A stretch of 64,000 nt of DNA from Saprolegnia diclina VS20. Its lineage: Eukaryota. This document shows, in pieces, positions 1 through 13,603 of the stretch. Made by a program: the position numbers and the translations under genes. The DNA lies in contig NW_008246126.1 in the NCBI RefSeq assembly GCF_000281045.1, forward strand, positions 34,868-98,867. The letters run 5' to 3'. The notes below the pieces were generated by a model that did not search any database, was not told the origin of the DNA, and was given only the letters and a program-made list of their open reading frames with translations. Numbering within the stretch: position 1 is the first letter of the stretch; each line of letters begins with the position of its first letter.

Positions 1-966
1 ACAGGGGACAAACGATCGCACTAGCTCGAAGCGAGCTCGTACTTTCCGCTGCACGTCGTTTGTGATTTCGGCTAGCGTCGTACCATGACGGCGTACGAGC
101 AAAGGAGACGTGGAGGTAGACACACTGGAGCGAACTCCGTCGGTGGCGCTCAGCTAGCTCTAGCACTAGAGCGATGATTCGCAATGCGAGTCGTGCTCGA
201 CAACATGTTGATGGCGAAGACGACGTTGATTGCACCGACGATTGCGTGCTGCATCTCGGTCCCTCGGTCCACGCTCAAAAATCAAATTTGTGATGTCGAG
301 ATCCGCCAGCCAGCGTAAACGAGTTACCGGTATGCGAGCTATCGAACACCAAAGTTGTGCTATAGCTCAACATAGTACAACTACGACAAGCCCGCTTTGC
401 ATCAAGGGGCATGATCACCGTTGGCGGGCTCGATCGCTCATTGCATGCTGCAACCTGGTAGCATCCATGCTGCGGCCCCGAGAGTAACCAGTCGAAGCCG
501 AGCCCTTCCGCGCGATGGCGGCCATACCGTCGACCCATGATTGAGATTCCAGCTCTTGGCAGCATCGGCCATGCATATAGGCGACTGCGCCCGGCGCTCA
601 AGAGAACAACAGAGGTTCCCGGCTCACGAGTGTGGGCCGTGCCGCGCGGCCGCCGAGGCTGTCCTTCGTGCCGTGCACCGTGCCGCCTGCGATACTTGGC
701 CGATTTCACCGCTTTCTTCGAGCTCGCGTCGCGCGGGTGCTTCCAGAGCTACGTCGATAGAGGACTGGCACCTGTGCCGGAGATGCCTCGCGCTCAACAC
801 ATCGTGGATGCAGCAGTTGCCTCGAGGGCGACGACGGGTTCGTCCGGTCTTGATCTTTTTGGCCCGTGCCTTGTGACAAGGACTTCCTCGCCAACTTCAA
901 CGCGCCAACTTCAAGTTCCAGCCTTCGAACTTCGGATGTCCCTGCCAATCGCAGGTGATGGGAATC

Positions 967-994
967 TTTGATTGGCGACTTTTAGCCAATCAAA
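967..994. promoter_or_regulatory. Inverted pair of CCAAT boxes (TTTGATTGGC-N8-GCCAATCAAA)
   Basis: Perfect 10-bp inverted repeat built on GATTGG/CCAATC. The same core occurs upstream of several genes here (e.g. ~1771, ~6922, ~12386, ~20399, ~28697, ~48161). Confidence 0.45.
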
Positions 995-1946
995 AATGGT
1001 GAATCTGGACGGTCACATGTGATTGGCGCCACGGCGGCCGCGGCCGTGATTGCCCAATTCGATGTGGCGCCAAACGAACCAAAGTGAACGAGCGCCTGTT
1101 TGTGCAGTCGTCGCTGCAGTCAGTAGATGCAGTACCCAGCGATATACCCACAACGTCTACCTACATGCAATAGGAAAAGGGCAACATTTGCATATCTGGC
1201 ACCTCGCAGGCAATGACCACAGCTCGACTGCTTGGTGCCAGGAACGGATGCCCCTGCCGTCTACACGGTACAAACCATGAAGTCGCTCCCCATCGTCCAG
1301 CGTTGCACGGCAGTCGGCGTCCCTTCGTTTCAGCCACATTGGCTTGAAGTTGGCCACGCATTGCAAATATCAAGTTTCACAGGTTGGACAAACGATCCAA
1401 TCACGCTTCAGAAAACGCGCGGTGTAATGGCTCGAGACCAAGTGACGAGCGAAGATTTCAGCGTCACATGTCCCTCGGCACCCATGGCGCCTCCACGTAG
1501 CGTCTCACGCATCGGGTCCCTTTTCAACCGTGCACGTCGCTTCGCCTGTTTCTGCGCCGCTGCCAGCCACTGCACCGACGTCCTGCACCGACGACTAGGA
1601 GACTCCTACTAACTAACTAATTGCCACTGCAGTCTCGGCCGCGTCTCGATCGGGAGCCCATGCGACGACCCAGGTTGAACCTGGCGCATGCACCTGTTGA
1701 CAGTGACACAGTCGTTTACGAGGGCAGCTCCAAAGCCCGAAACGCAACTTCGAACTTCGTTCTCGCATCTGATTGGCCAAAAAGATACCGGCCGCGGGCC
1801 AAACGGTCGCGAGGGGTCGTTTTTAATACGAAATCTTTTTGATAGCTTGACATTTGTATGGAAAGGAATTAAAATAGCGTCCAGCGCAACGAGGGGCGTG
1901 GAGGAAAAAGCCCAAGTCACTTTTTGTTTGGCTCCAAGAACCGAAG

Positions 1947-3679
1947 ATGTTGCAGCGCATCTCGACCAAGACGCCCGCGGCCTCGCTCCGCTCGCTCGTC
2001 GCGCCCGCCAGCGCGGCCCGCCCGTTCTCGTCGGCGGTATGTACAGCGCCAAGATGACGGCGCGAGGCAGGAGCATGGAGCTTGCATCGCGCTGCGTCGA
2101 TCGATGGGCAGCATGATGCTCATGGCAGCTGTAGGCGGAATCCAAGGACGACTTGACCGAGTCACTGCAGTCGCTTCAGAAGGAGACCGCGGCCAAGACG
2201 GTCCCGTGGTTCCTCGAGAACATGCCGGCGGCCTACTTCCGCGCCATCACGAAGGAAGACCGCCTGCACCACTTGAACGCGATCACGTCGCTCGTGAACG
2301 CGCAGCAGCCCGAGATCCTCTTGAGCTCGCCGGACAAGAAGGTCTACTCGTACATCCGCACGGGCGAGCAGTACCCGGGCTTGCTCTCCAAGATCATTGA
2401 GCAGCTCCCGAACGACCCGTCGGTCGGCCAGCTCGCGCGCGTCAAGATCTTTTCGTCGCTCGACGACACGTTGGCGCTCGACGTGTTCCGCTTCGGTCGC
2501 CAGGAGCCGTTCCGCAACGCGACGCCCGAGGAGAAGGCGGCGCTCTCGTCGCTCCAGGCCTTCTGCAAGGAGATCCAGGACGGCAAGCACAAGGGCGACG
2601 AAGGTATCCCCGCGGCTGCCCACTACTTTGAGCCCGCTGCCGTCGAAGAGTTTGCCTCGATGTGCAACACCATGTACATCCAGTACAGCAACCCGCGCCG
2701 CCTTGCGTCGCAGATTGCGCTCTTCAACCGCGTCCGTGGCACGGAAGGCGTCGTCGTCGACGTCGAGCACGGCTGGGAGCACAAGGACAAGGAGAACAAG
2801 CTCGCGGGTGGCCAGGTGCCCCAGACGATGCTCACGATGGCGTGCTCGAACGTGCTCACCAAGCACACGCTCCAGCGTGCGGCCACGTACTTGAGCTTGA
2901 AGAACCTCAACATTCGCCGCGCCCACTTGGACGTCGTCGACGACCGCAAGTCGGGCAACGGCACGGTCTCGATGGTCCGCATCCTTGTCTCGCCCAGCGA
3001 AGAGGACCACCGCGCCAACGTCAAGCTCGACTGGAAGGAGATCGCGGCCGACCTCAAGTACCTCAAGTGGCTCGACGACCGCCCGCTCAACATGGCGCTC
3101 AAGCACAAGAACGTCTCGATCTCGCATGCCGAGATCATTACGACGTACGCCCACATGCTCCACGGTATGCTCGCCAAGGTCGACCCGTACGCCTACTCGC
3201 TCCCGCGCATCCTCGAGGTGCTCAACCAGCCGCAGCACGTCGGTCTCGCCGCGCAGATCGCCGACCTCTTCCTCGAGCGCTTCGACCCGAACGCCCCGAA
3301 GAAGATGTCGTCGGACGAGTTCAACGCGCGCCGCGAGGCCATCAAGATTGATATCCGCCGCAACGTCGAGGCCGAAGACACGATCCGCCTCCTCAACACG
3401 ATGGTCGACGCCGTGGGCGCCACGCTCCGCACGAACCGCTACGTCAAGCACCGGTATGCGCTTGCGCTCCGCATGGACCCGTCGGTCCTCGGCTACGGTA
3501 CCGTCGGCAAGGAGTCGCCGTACGGTGTCTTCTTCATCAACGGCCGCAAGTTCAAGGGCTTCCACGTCCGCTTCCGCGACATTGCCCGCGGTGGTCTCCG
3601 CGTCGTCTCGCCGCCGTCGGCTGATGCGCATGCGCTCGAGAGCGCGCGCCAGTACAACGAAGCGTACAACCTCGCTTTC

Positions 3680-3711
<32 letters not shown>

Positions 3712-5179
3712 AGGTGGCTCCAAGGCCGTCGTGCTCGTCGAACCGCATGTGTACAACGACCCGGTGACCAAGAACTTCATCATCCGCAAGAGCGTCAAGG
3801 CCTTCTCGGATGCGCTCCTCGATCTCAACACGACGGACGAGGCGGTCAAGAGCCAGGTGGTCGACTTCTACGGCAAGGACGAGCTCATCTACCTCGGCCC
3901 TGATGAGAACATCATCCCGGACGACATTACGTGGATGACCAAGCGCGCTGCGTACCGTGGGTACCCGATCCCGCGTGCGTTCATCTCGTCCAAGCCCGAC
4001 GTCGGTATCAACCACAAGGTGTACGGTGTCACGTCGGAGGGCGTTGCTGTCTTTGCCGACGTGGCGCTTCGCTCGCAGAACATTGACCCGAAGAAGCAGC
4101 CGTTCACGGTCAAGATCACGGGCGGCACGGACGGTGATGTGGCTGGCAACATCATCAAGATCCTCGCCCGCGACTACGGCACCAACTTCCGCGTCGTCGG
4201 TATCTGCGACGGCACGGCGACGGTCGAGTCGCCGGAAGGCATTGACATGGACGAGCTCCTCCGCCTCGTCGACGAGTCGCTGCCGCTCTCCAAGTTTGAT
4301 GCGTCCAAGAAGGGCGACGTCATCCTTGCGGACACGCCGGAAGGCATCCGTGCGCGCAACTCGCTCCACAACCGCGTCAAGTCGGACCTCTTCATCCCTG
4401 CCGGTGGTCGCCCCAACACGATCAACGAGCACAACTGGCGCGAGTACCTCGACCCGGCGACCGGCAAGGCGTCGTCGCCGTTGATTGTTGAGGGCGCCAA
4501 CCTCTTTACGACGCCGGAAGCTCGCCAGGCGCTCTTTGACAACGCCGGTGTTGTCATTGTCAAGGACTCGTCGGCCAACAAGTGCGGTGTCATTTGCTCG
4601 TCGTACGAGATTGTCTCGTCGATGCTCCTCGAGCCCCAGGAGTTCCTCGACATCAAGGACGAGCTCGTCGACGATGTCGTCAAGAAGCTGCGTCAGCTCG
4701 CACTCGTCGAAGCCGAGCTGCTCTTCCGCGAGTACAAGCAAAACCCGAACGCCGCGCTCCCGCCGTCGTCGGAGCGCATCTCGCGCGCGATCACGCGCCT
4801 CCACGACTCGATCTTGGCCAACTTTGACAACATCGCCGAGGACAACCGCGAGCTCCTCGACTCGCTCATCGCCGAGCACTTGCCGGCCAAGCTCCGCGCG
4901 GTCGCCCTCGACCGCGTCAACGCCCAGGTGCCGCTTGCGTACATCAAGTGCATCGTCGCCGCCGGTCTTGCCAGCAAGATTGTGTACCGCGAAGGCCTCC
5001 AGTACGTCGAGACGCTTCCGGAGAGCAACCTCGCCAACATTGCCGTCTCGTACCTCAAGCAGGAGAAGAAGGTGCAGGCGCTTGTCGGCGAGCTCGGCGC
5101 GTCCAACCTCGCCCACCGCGAAGAGATGGCCGACCTCCTCATCCGTGGCGGTGTCCGCGCCGGTGTCGCGACCTTGTAA
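1947..5179 (+). CDS. GDH2: NAD-specific glutamate dehydrogenase (large eukaryotic GDH2 type) with mitochondrial-type presequence; 2 exons
   Basis: Exon 1 1947-2036 (MLQRISTKTPAASLRSLVAPASAARPFSSA), GT-AG intron 2037-2134, exon 2 in frame with the 1008-aa ORF. Motifs FHVRFRDIARGGLR, QQLKNKDIPEGGSK, LGPDEN, GGTDGDVAGN, EGANLF, KDSSANKCGVICSSYE. Confidence 0.95.
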
Positions 5180-6995
5180 GGTCGCCTTTGGAAATTACGA
5201 CGCTTAGTAATATATGGATATATAGGTTTCTTTTCCTTAGTCTTGACCTTGCAGGAACCGGCTAGGAGCGGTGGGTGGGAACACAGTGACCCACGGGCCG
5301 CAGCTCGAGCTTGAGCTTGAGCCAACGGGCTACCGGCTGGCACATGTAGACACACAACCCAGGGACCGATGCCCTTGGCTCTTGGCCGTGGGAGGTGTGC
5401 GACGAGCAGCCACACGTCAAAGCTCCTGCTGCCCGGCAGGCTACGGAGCGACTCTATGCTACAGGAGTGGACGACGCGGTGGAGGTGGTCGTAGATCTTG
5501 AGAGGTGCTGCAAAGGGTGGTTGAATGCTGAAAGATTCGTACTTTGACCCACTGCTTTAAACGGGAAGGAAGGTCCCGAGGACGGTTGCTGTTTGGTGTC
5601 AAGAACCTCCTTCCGATGCTAACACAAAGGGACAACGCCCCTCCTGCATATAGGAGTCCAGGGCACAAGGCCGTCGACTAGGAGTGATTTGCATGGTGGT
5701 GGCGACTTGATAGATTGATACAAAAGAAGATTCCAGACGGTTTCGGAATGACGTGGCAGTTGCTCCGGCCTGCAATGGAATGCAAGCAACGACCTGCAAA
5801 GAAAGCATCCTCTTGGTGTAGCATGGGAATTGCATCGCTGCCATGACGATGCTGGCTGTACATCCGTGACTCCAGGAGGTCATATATATGTATATATACA
5901 TTTGTGCGGCCCATCGAGCCTTGCCTCTTTCTTTGGTGCTCGATGCTGGGACCAAACCGTATAATCGAATACAATCAAGCAGATAGAAGAAATCCAACAG
6001 AGCGGATAGCCGCACTGGATAGAAGCTCACGATACATGCACAAGCCCATGTTGGCACCACAACCCGGGCAAGACACAACCTTTGACACAAGTATATGATT
6101 TTTATCTGTCGACATTCGTAGGGGTGGGCCGCTGGCTCGAGTCGTTGTCCGCTTCGGGTACTTGGTCGAGAAGCTGACCTTACCAGAGTTCGTTGGCAAC
6201 GGAAGAGGCACGGACCTTGATGTATGAGGCAAGTCGATGCGCTCGATTGCTCCAGCCGACAGCTCTGATTGCCTCCCATGACGCACGCACAAGAGGTTCG
6301 GAAAAGGACGGACGTCGACAGGCACAACTGGCCCCACCGAGGATTACAGTGTATTGCAGATCCTCAGACACTGTATGGGACGCAAATCGAACGCCAGTGA
6401 TAGCAGGTGCGACGGCTGCGTCGCCTGATAACGACCGGTGGTTGGCGCCAAGAAACCATGGAAGCGTGCAAGATGGAAGAGGAAGGTGCCACCGTGCGAC
6501 GTCGACCACATAAAACTCGAATTTCAGAAACAAGCTACTCCGCGATGCTATCGTATATCATGCAGGCTACTCGACGTTCGAAGAAGAAGCAGCCTTCGAT
6601 GAATCACTGGTGGGAAGAATCGCTGGTCCGCAGCCGCTGCACCTTCCACTGTTTCGTACAAGCAGTGGATGCCAGCGATTTCTGAACTTTTGCCGAGTAA
6701 AATCGTGGTCGCAAACCAACGGCCACGAGCGTGTGCAGTCATTATTGTTGGGTGATAATCGACTGGCGCCGTCGTCCACGACATGTGGGCTTCTTCAAGC
6801 TTTGCCGTCGGCACCCATCGGGCCAGCGATGTGGACCCTGGTTGTCGCACGCCACAACCCGCAATGGCCATGGACTGCACCTAACGTTTCATTGGTGGAC
6901 ATGCAGGACACGCGCGCTTTTGATTGGTGGTCATGACACATACGTCGACCAATCAGAAACGGCGAATGAAAATAGATCCATAGCAGTTTGCCGAA

Positions 6996-9123
6996 ATGGC
7001 CTGGTGCAGCCGGACCGCGCGGTCGACGGGCCCGACCGGCGCAAGCACCGCAGCCACGGTCGGGCCGGGCAGCTACAGCGCGAGCTCGACGTCGTACCAG
7101 CCCAAGCCCAGCTTTGCCGCCTTTGGCTCGTCCGGCGCGAAACAAGCGGCAACCGAGCTGCTCTTGCGCACGCCCGGGCCGGGCGCATACGAGAACGACC
7201 GCATTGCGCATGTGCTTGCGATTGCCGAGACGAAGAGCTCGTTCTTCAAGTCGACGTCCGAGCGCAGCACGGCCAAGCTCGGCCTCGCGAGCACGCCTGG
7301 TCCTGGCAGCTACAAGGGCGCCGAAGTGAGCTTCACTGCCGGAAAGCGCACCAAGCCGCTGTACGTTCTACACTACTTTAGAGATGCATGGCGTGATGCT
7401 GGAGCGGATTGACTAGATCGCCTTCTCGTAGACGCCGGTCGAGCTCGACGGGCGCGTACCCGGACCACGTCGCCAAGTCGGGCAAGGTCAAGTGGGTCCG
7501 CGTGCCCACCGCGCCGTCAATTCCCAACATTGGGCAGAGCTTTGGCTACGAAGAAGGTCCGAAAGGGCAAATGATTGCTCAGAAACCTGCGCACTTGGGC
7601 CACTCGTACGCGATCGTTTCGCTTGTACACGGCTCACACTTTGTCGTACGTAGCGGTCGCGCCGAAGACCTCACGGGCCCCGGCGAGTACGACCCGCTCG
7701 ACGCTATCCACCGCTTGGACCGACCAAAGGGCACCAACTTTGCAAAGTCGCGCACCGTGCGGGACAAGCCGATCAAGAAGGACGCACCGGGGCCTGGCGC
7801 CTACGACCCGGACATGACACCACTCACCTTTGCCAAGCCAAGCGCTGTCTTCAAGTCGAACTTGACGCGGGAAAAGGCGGCGCGACCTGTGCGCGATGCG
7901 ACGCCGATCCCCGGCCCCGGTGCATACAAGCAACCGGTGGGCATCAAACCCGCACGAAAGCCCGAGCATCTACAGTTCTTTGGGAGCACGTCGTCGCGCT
8001 TCGAGTCGGAGAAGCTGATGGCGCACCCGTCGCCTGCGTACACGCCCGAGCCACGCCCGACGCTCACGCACAATGGCCCGGCGCGCCACGCTGCACCGTT
8101 CGCATCAACGCAAGAGCGGTTCGAAACGACCTTGACCAAGGAGCACTTTGACGTTGGGCCCGGCTCATACGAAGCGTCGTCGATCGTCAAGGAGCTTTCG
8201 CACAAAACGGTAGCACGTTTGTTGATGGCGGGTTGGAACTCGCGCGTTAGAGTGGACGGGCGGGCGTGTTTGGTACCACCACGCGGCGGTTTGAGGCGCC
8301 AAAGTCGAGCTCCGATGCCCTGCTTGAAAAGATCCTCGAGCACAGTGCCGGGCCTGTCAGCAGCAACCAAGGTACTTGTCGCTCAACGAGGCGTGCGAAG
8401 ATTCGTGTGGCGCAGAGTCGACGTCCCCCGACAACCACGCCAAGAAGAAGACATCGAGCTTCGCGTCGGGCACGGCCCGCTTCGCCGGCGGGAAGAAGGA
8501 TGCGGCTCCGTGCGTCGGCGATTATGAGGTGCGCATCGTCTAGCGTGATCGAGCCAACGATGGCATATCGCATTATTGCGCAGATATCCATGTCCTGGGA
8601 CAAGCCGGGCGGCCGGTCGACGTTCGCCTCGCATTTGACGCGCGATGTCTCGCAAAAGGACAAGCTCGCAATCCCGGTACAACTCCTTTCTTAGTCGTCG
8701 CTCAAGGGTAAATAGGGCCCCGGCGCGTACTCGACGCCCGACGTCGCCACGCTCCAAAAACCACAGAACCGACGTGGTGACGTGTTCGTCTCGACGGTTC
8801 ACACTGTGTACGCCATCTTGTTCTACCAGGATGCATTAGGAGCCGCGTTTCAAGAAGACGCTTACGCCGCTCGCCAATGTGGTAAGCTCTTTTGCATCAT
8901 CTTTTCATTTTTTATATTTTTGCACTTTGCATTTTCGTGCAATTTGGGTGTCGTACACACGTCGAATGATGTTCGTCGGCCATCATCGCGACAATGAATG
9001 TAAGCGTGATGCTTGGTCTTGTAGGGCCCCGGCGCGTACAACCCCGACACGATCGAGTCGGACTGGAATCGCCCGACGTACAACATTACGATTGCCACCG
9101 AGATGGAACGACGCTTGGCCTAA
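6996..9123 (+). CDS. Sperm-tail PG-rich (STPG/SHIPPO) repeat protein, probably flagellar/axonemal; multi-exon
   Basis: Many P/V-G-P-G-x-Y repeats (VGPGSY, TPGPGAY, PGPGSY, TGPGEY, APGPGAY, IPGPGAY) with F-x-S-x-x-x-RF spacers across short introns; last exon GPGAYNPDTIESDWNRPTYNITIATEMERRLA*. Confidence 0.85.
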
Positions 9124-9852
9124 GACCAAGATTCCAAGCTCGCACCCGATGCATTGGTGCGCCCGCCCATGTACTCGACAAATAGAGCAGCGTCAACGTC
9201 CACCCTAAAGTGTGTGTGCATGTTTCCTTCTTGGCGCGCAGCTGAAGCGTTCCGGCGTTCCCAGAAGAAATCTGACATTCGCAACCAGAAAACCAGAGAT
9301 GAACGTTGTCGTCGACGCGGCCCGCCGCGGTGCGCAAGTCCAAAACTTGGCGTCGTAATCGAGCATATCGCAGCGTCAACTGCAACGGGCTGTCCTGTTC
9401 TGTCCAGTCCGCGCGGTTCCGCGACCGAGAGTTGCACCGAGGGAATCCACCCAAGTTTCAAAATTTGTTTTCGGTCCCACGTTGGCGCCATGGCGGTCGC
9501 CAGCACGACGTGCCACACGGGTCAGCGCACGCCACCGGCCTCCTATCCCGCACACCGCAAGGCATACGTACATACAATAAATAGCATATTGAGAGAGCGC
9601 TTGGATGTCCGTCGGGCTCTGCTTCAAGTCGCGCAACAGGACATGGCCTGGCACCAGTTGGCGTGCGTCCAGTACATTCTGTCCGAGCAAGAAGGGAATT
9701 GCCCTGTCCACCGCCACCTCGGGTACAGTGGGACCTGTTGCACTGAGCGCCTGCGAAAAACGCAGGATGGGCTTGTGCAAGACAGTGGTCGTCGCAATCC
9801 ATACACTGTATTCTCCGCCACCATCAATTATTCTGGTGTTGGATCCAGTATT

Positions 9853-9869
9853 TCAGTTTTCAATTTCAC
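9853..9869 (+). promoter_or_regulatory. Oomycete Inr+FPR-like core promoter
   Basis: TCAGTTTTCAATTTCAC ~20 nt upstream of the kinase ATG; near match to the oomycete TCATTYBNNNWTTY element. Confidence 0.5.
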
Positions 9870-9889
9870 TTGTCGAGCACATTTCAACG

Positions 9890-10780
9890 ATGAGTTCGAT
9901 GGACCGCTTCATTGTTCAGCGCGAGATCGCGTCGGTCGCGTCCGGCAAGGTGCTTCTCTGCACCGACAAGATGACGCAGAAGGACGTCGTTGTCAAGCGC
10001 ATTCGCCACACGTCGGGCCCCGAGAAGGCGATTCACCGCCACTTGAGCAAGCTCGGCGGCCACGAGCATGTGCTCCAGCTCCTCGGCGACTTTACCGAGG
10101 CTGGCTACGACCACTTTGTGCTCGAACACTGCCCGAAGGGCGAGCTCTTTGACCTTGTCTCGCGCGCTTCGCGTCTCGAAGCGCCGATCGCGCTCCACTA
10201 CTTTGAGCAAATCGTCGCCGGCGTCGCGTTCATCCACCGTCGCGGCTACGCGCACATGGACCTCTCGCTCGAGAACGTGCTTGTCGACGCGCAGGGCGCC
10301 ATGAAGGTCATCGACTTTGGCCTCGCGGTCGCCATCGACCGCCCGCAGCGCAACGCGGTCGGCAAGTACTTTTACATGGCGCCGGAAATGTTCACGGGCG
10401 CCACCTACGACGCCGCAGCGGCCGACATCTGGTCGCTCGGCATCATGCTATTCATCATGCTCACGGGCAACCCGCCGTTCTCGCAGGCTGTGCCCTCGGA
10501 CGCGGTCTTTGAGTATGTCGCCAACTATGGTCTGCGCGCGATTGCGACATCGTGGAAGGTCGACCACTTGATCCCGGCCGCGACCATGGACCTCCTCGAA
10601 CAAATGCTCTCGATCGACCCGGCGGGCCGCCCGCGCATCGACGACATCCTTGCGGCGGTCACGCCCGTCGTCGAGACCAAGCCGCACAAGGCGGAGAAGG
10701 CGGCCAAGCACAACCACGTCCGCGCGTTCCTTAAGAACGTCTTTTCGCACTCGTCCAAGAAGGTGGCCGTGTGGCAATGA
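9890..10780 (+). CDS. Ser/Thr protein kinase (CAMK-like), tandem copy 1; intronless
   Basis: VVVK, HMDLSLENVL, DFG, AVGKYFYMAPE, DIWSLG motifs. Start taken at MSSMDRF by alignment with the paralogues. Confidence 0.9.
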   Translation: MSSMDRFIVQREIASVASGKVLLCTDKMTQKDVVVKRIRHTSGPEKAIHRHLSKLGGHEHVLQLLGDFTEAGYDHFVLEHCPKGELFDLVSRASRLEAPIALHYFEQIVAGVAFIHRRGYAHMDLSLENVLVDAQGAMKVIDFGLAVAIDRPQRNAVGKYFYMAPEMFTGATYDAAAADIWSLGIMLFIMLTGNPPFSQAVPSDAVFEYVANYGLRAIATSWKVDHLIPAATMDLLEQMLSIDPAGRPRIDDILAAVTPVVETKPHKAEKAAKHNHVRAFLKNVFSHSSKKVAVWQ

Positions 10781-10889
10781 GCTGCGCGCCTTTTAGGATT
10801 CTTATTTATCGAGCATTAGTCTTATTCTAGTTATTATCTATCCATCGAATTGTTTTCAAGTACATGAATGGTGTTGTCCCGGAGCCGCA

Positions 10890-10927
10890 GCAGTGGCCGT
10901 GAGCAGTGGCCGTGAGCAGTGGCCGTG
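10890..10927. repeat. 13-bp tandem repeat (GCAGTGGCCGTGA) x3
   Basis: Read directly from the sequence. Confidence 0.85.
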
Positions 10928-12504
10928 GCACCTAATGCATCGCAACCGAGCTGGCGGCGTCGGCTCGAAGCGACACGCACGACGAGGTGGACAGGATGGC
11001 GGCGTCGCAGATGTGCGCGACGAACGAACCGCGATGTCCGATGAACTTCATCACGCGACCGCACGCTGTTTCGTTATCTCGCGGGACATGTGCACGGAGC
11101 GCCCGTCGCCCGCGTTGACGCAGCAAGCGCTTCGCGTCAACACATCTTGGCGTCAACACAGAGTCTGGTGCCAGAGATTCTGGGTTAGCCACTGGTTCAA
11201 CCGCTGGATGCGCATCCACTGGAAAGGCCGAAACCATCGAACGTCTCAGTCGGAGGAGAATCTGGGCGGGTTGATAGCTCCTTCAATCCCAGAAGCTTCG
11301 CAGCCGTGCGTTCGACATAGATGGGCCACGCAGTTGCGGCTCAGATTCGCCAAATCGTAGTCGATGCCGTCAACTAACTACGAGTCGACACACTGCGGAT
11401 GACGCGATGGATGACGACGTCCCGCAGCTGTTGATTGCGCCTCGACGATTGCGCGCGCTCGATCACGCCATGATGCGCCTGCGGAATCGCAACGGCCCTT
11501 TGCGTAATCGCGTTAAACTCGAGTCCAAGAGGAGGCTAAAGACAAATGTTGGTCGTTGTAGTACGCAACAATGACCTCTGAAACGCCGGTCCCAACCAAG
11601 ATTTGATTCCCTTGGTTCCTACGGCAGGACGCACGGCAATCATGTATGCGCCAGCGTATACGTGCGTGCAAGCATGACGCGAGTGCGTTCGCCAGTCGGC
11701 CGTCGGACGCACGAGCACTGGCTTGCACCGCGGTGTAATGACCGGTGGCGGTTTTGTGCCAAGGTACGGTCAACGACATCGATCTCAGTCGCGTGCGCGC
11801 GTCAACCCAGCGTCGCAAGATCCGCACGTGAGCTCAAAGCACAATGCGTTTTACGTCACGTCTCGTCAACGTTGGGACTCCCACAGGACCAGGAGGCAGC
11901 CTCGACCCGGCCTGGTTACGGAGATAAGTCAACAATGTATAGATGCAATTGATATGGTACTGTCCGTCGTCCAGTAGAGATCGCGTACAAGGTTACATCT
12001 ACCGCTCTCGAACCTGAGTCGTTCGCGCCGTTCGTTTAGGGAGCGTGAACGAATGTTATCGCACCGCGGGATCTTGCTTGCATCCCAGGTGGCATCCGCC
12101 GTCCGCCAACGCTACGTATCGCAAGCCTCGTGGCTTCGAGTCCCGCTGGCGCTTCGATTCCGCCGACAATACATACTATGCTATATACGTGTGCTTTGTG
12201 TCTATGCATCGTGCTTGGTGCTTGGTCCTTTGCGTCATCGCACTGCAGGCATCAGTCGCGCTTCGCGTCGAATCATTGGACCAACATTCGGAATGACCTG
12301 GGTTAAACCCATGCGACGTTAAACGCTGAGTCCGAGCTTGGAGGTCGCGTTGCATTGGTCCGTTGGCGGCGTCTAAATATACGCGCCAATCAGCGCAAAG
12401 TATCAAAAATAGATCGACCAATCGCCGTGTTGGATGCGTTGGCCCAAGCCACCCAATGGCATCGAAGCCGGACGCCACGGTCGCATTCCACAAGAAGCCG
12501 ACGC

Positions 12505-13603
12505 ATGGACAAGTACGTCAACCGCCGCCTGCTCGCGCCCGCGCTCTTCGGCGACGTGCTCCTGTGCACGGACGCCATGACGCACCGGGACGTGGTCGTC
12601 AAGGCCATGGATCTCGACCGCGCCGCCGCCCACGCCACAACCGACGGCCTCCCGGTATGCTCCGACATCGATGCTGGCGACGTGCTCACCGCGTGATGCT
12701 AGGTGCACGAAGACATCACGATGGAGAAGCGCGTCTACACGCAGATGCAGCTCCACGGTGGCCACGCCAACATCCTCCGGCTCCTTGCGTGTTTTGAGGC
12801 CGACGGCCGAGACCATTTCGTGCTCGAGTATGCGAGCCGCGGCGACCTCTTCTCGCAGCTTCGAACGCAGCAGCGCTTCCGCGCCTATGAAGCGCGTGCG
12901 TACTTTGGCAACATTACCGCCGGCCTCGCTTTTCTCCACGACCGTACGTTGTGTGGCACGTTGCATTCAACACTCACCGCGTGACTAGATGGCTTTGCGC
13001 ACGGCGACCTCTCGCTCGAGAATGTGGTCGTGACGGCCGACAACACTTGCAAGCTCATGGACTTTGGCCTGGCGTCGGCGCTCGCTGACGGGCCACGGAC
13101 CGTCGCCGTCGGCAAGTACTTTTACATGGCCCCCGAAGTGTTTCTCGGCCAGCCGTACGACGCGGCGACGGCCGACATGTGGTCGCTGGGCATGCTTCTT
13201 TTGATCATGCTCACGGGCATGCCTCCGTTTGGCAGAGCCAATTGCACTGGTACGAGAATCGACTCGAAATCTACGTGGTCTCAGACTTGTACTAGATCCC
13301 GTCTTTCTGGCGTACCAGACGCACGGCATCCGGACCATTCTCAAGGGCTGGAAGGTGCTGGCGTATTTTTCGAGTGACGCGATCGACCTGATTGAACACC
13401 TCCTCGTCGAAGACCCTGCGAAGCGCTTTAGCATGAAGCAAGTGCTGTCGCATCCGTTCTTGGCGCGCCCGTCGTCGCCCGCGTCGCCGACCCAAGACCG
13501 CATCAAGAAGCGCGTGCGCGTTCAAAACTTTTTCCGGCGTCTCTTTGGTGGCAAGCGTGGCACGTCGTCGCTCGATCTGCTCGCCAATAGCCAGTGGCAC
13601 TAG
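12505..13603 (+). CDS. Ser/Thr protein kinase (CAMK-like), tandem copy 2; 4 exons
   Basis: MDKYVNRRLLAPALFGDV, VVVK, HGDLSLENVV, DFG, AVGKYFYMAPE, DMWSLG; three short GT-AG introns join the ORF-track pieces. Confidence 0.88.

Noticed and set aside
1..1900. Short ORFs upstream of GDH
   Set aside because: No motifs or consistent exon structure found.
2162..5116. 984-aa antisense ORF overlapping GDH
   Set aside because: Codon-registered mirror of a gene with strong C/G third-position bias, which removes antisense stops. It has no ATG start or recognisable motifs. This is the same kind of artefact argued for the old Achlya GDH/hsp70 antisense-pair claim.
5200..6900. Intergenic ORFs, including a CPGC-containing one
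   Set aside because: A single CxxC with no supporting context; treated as non-coding or degenerate.
9605..9889. N-terminal extension of kinase copy 1 in the ORF track
   Set aside because: The paralogues start at the MD(R/K/A)(F/Y) position, and an Inr/FPR-like element lies inside the extension.
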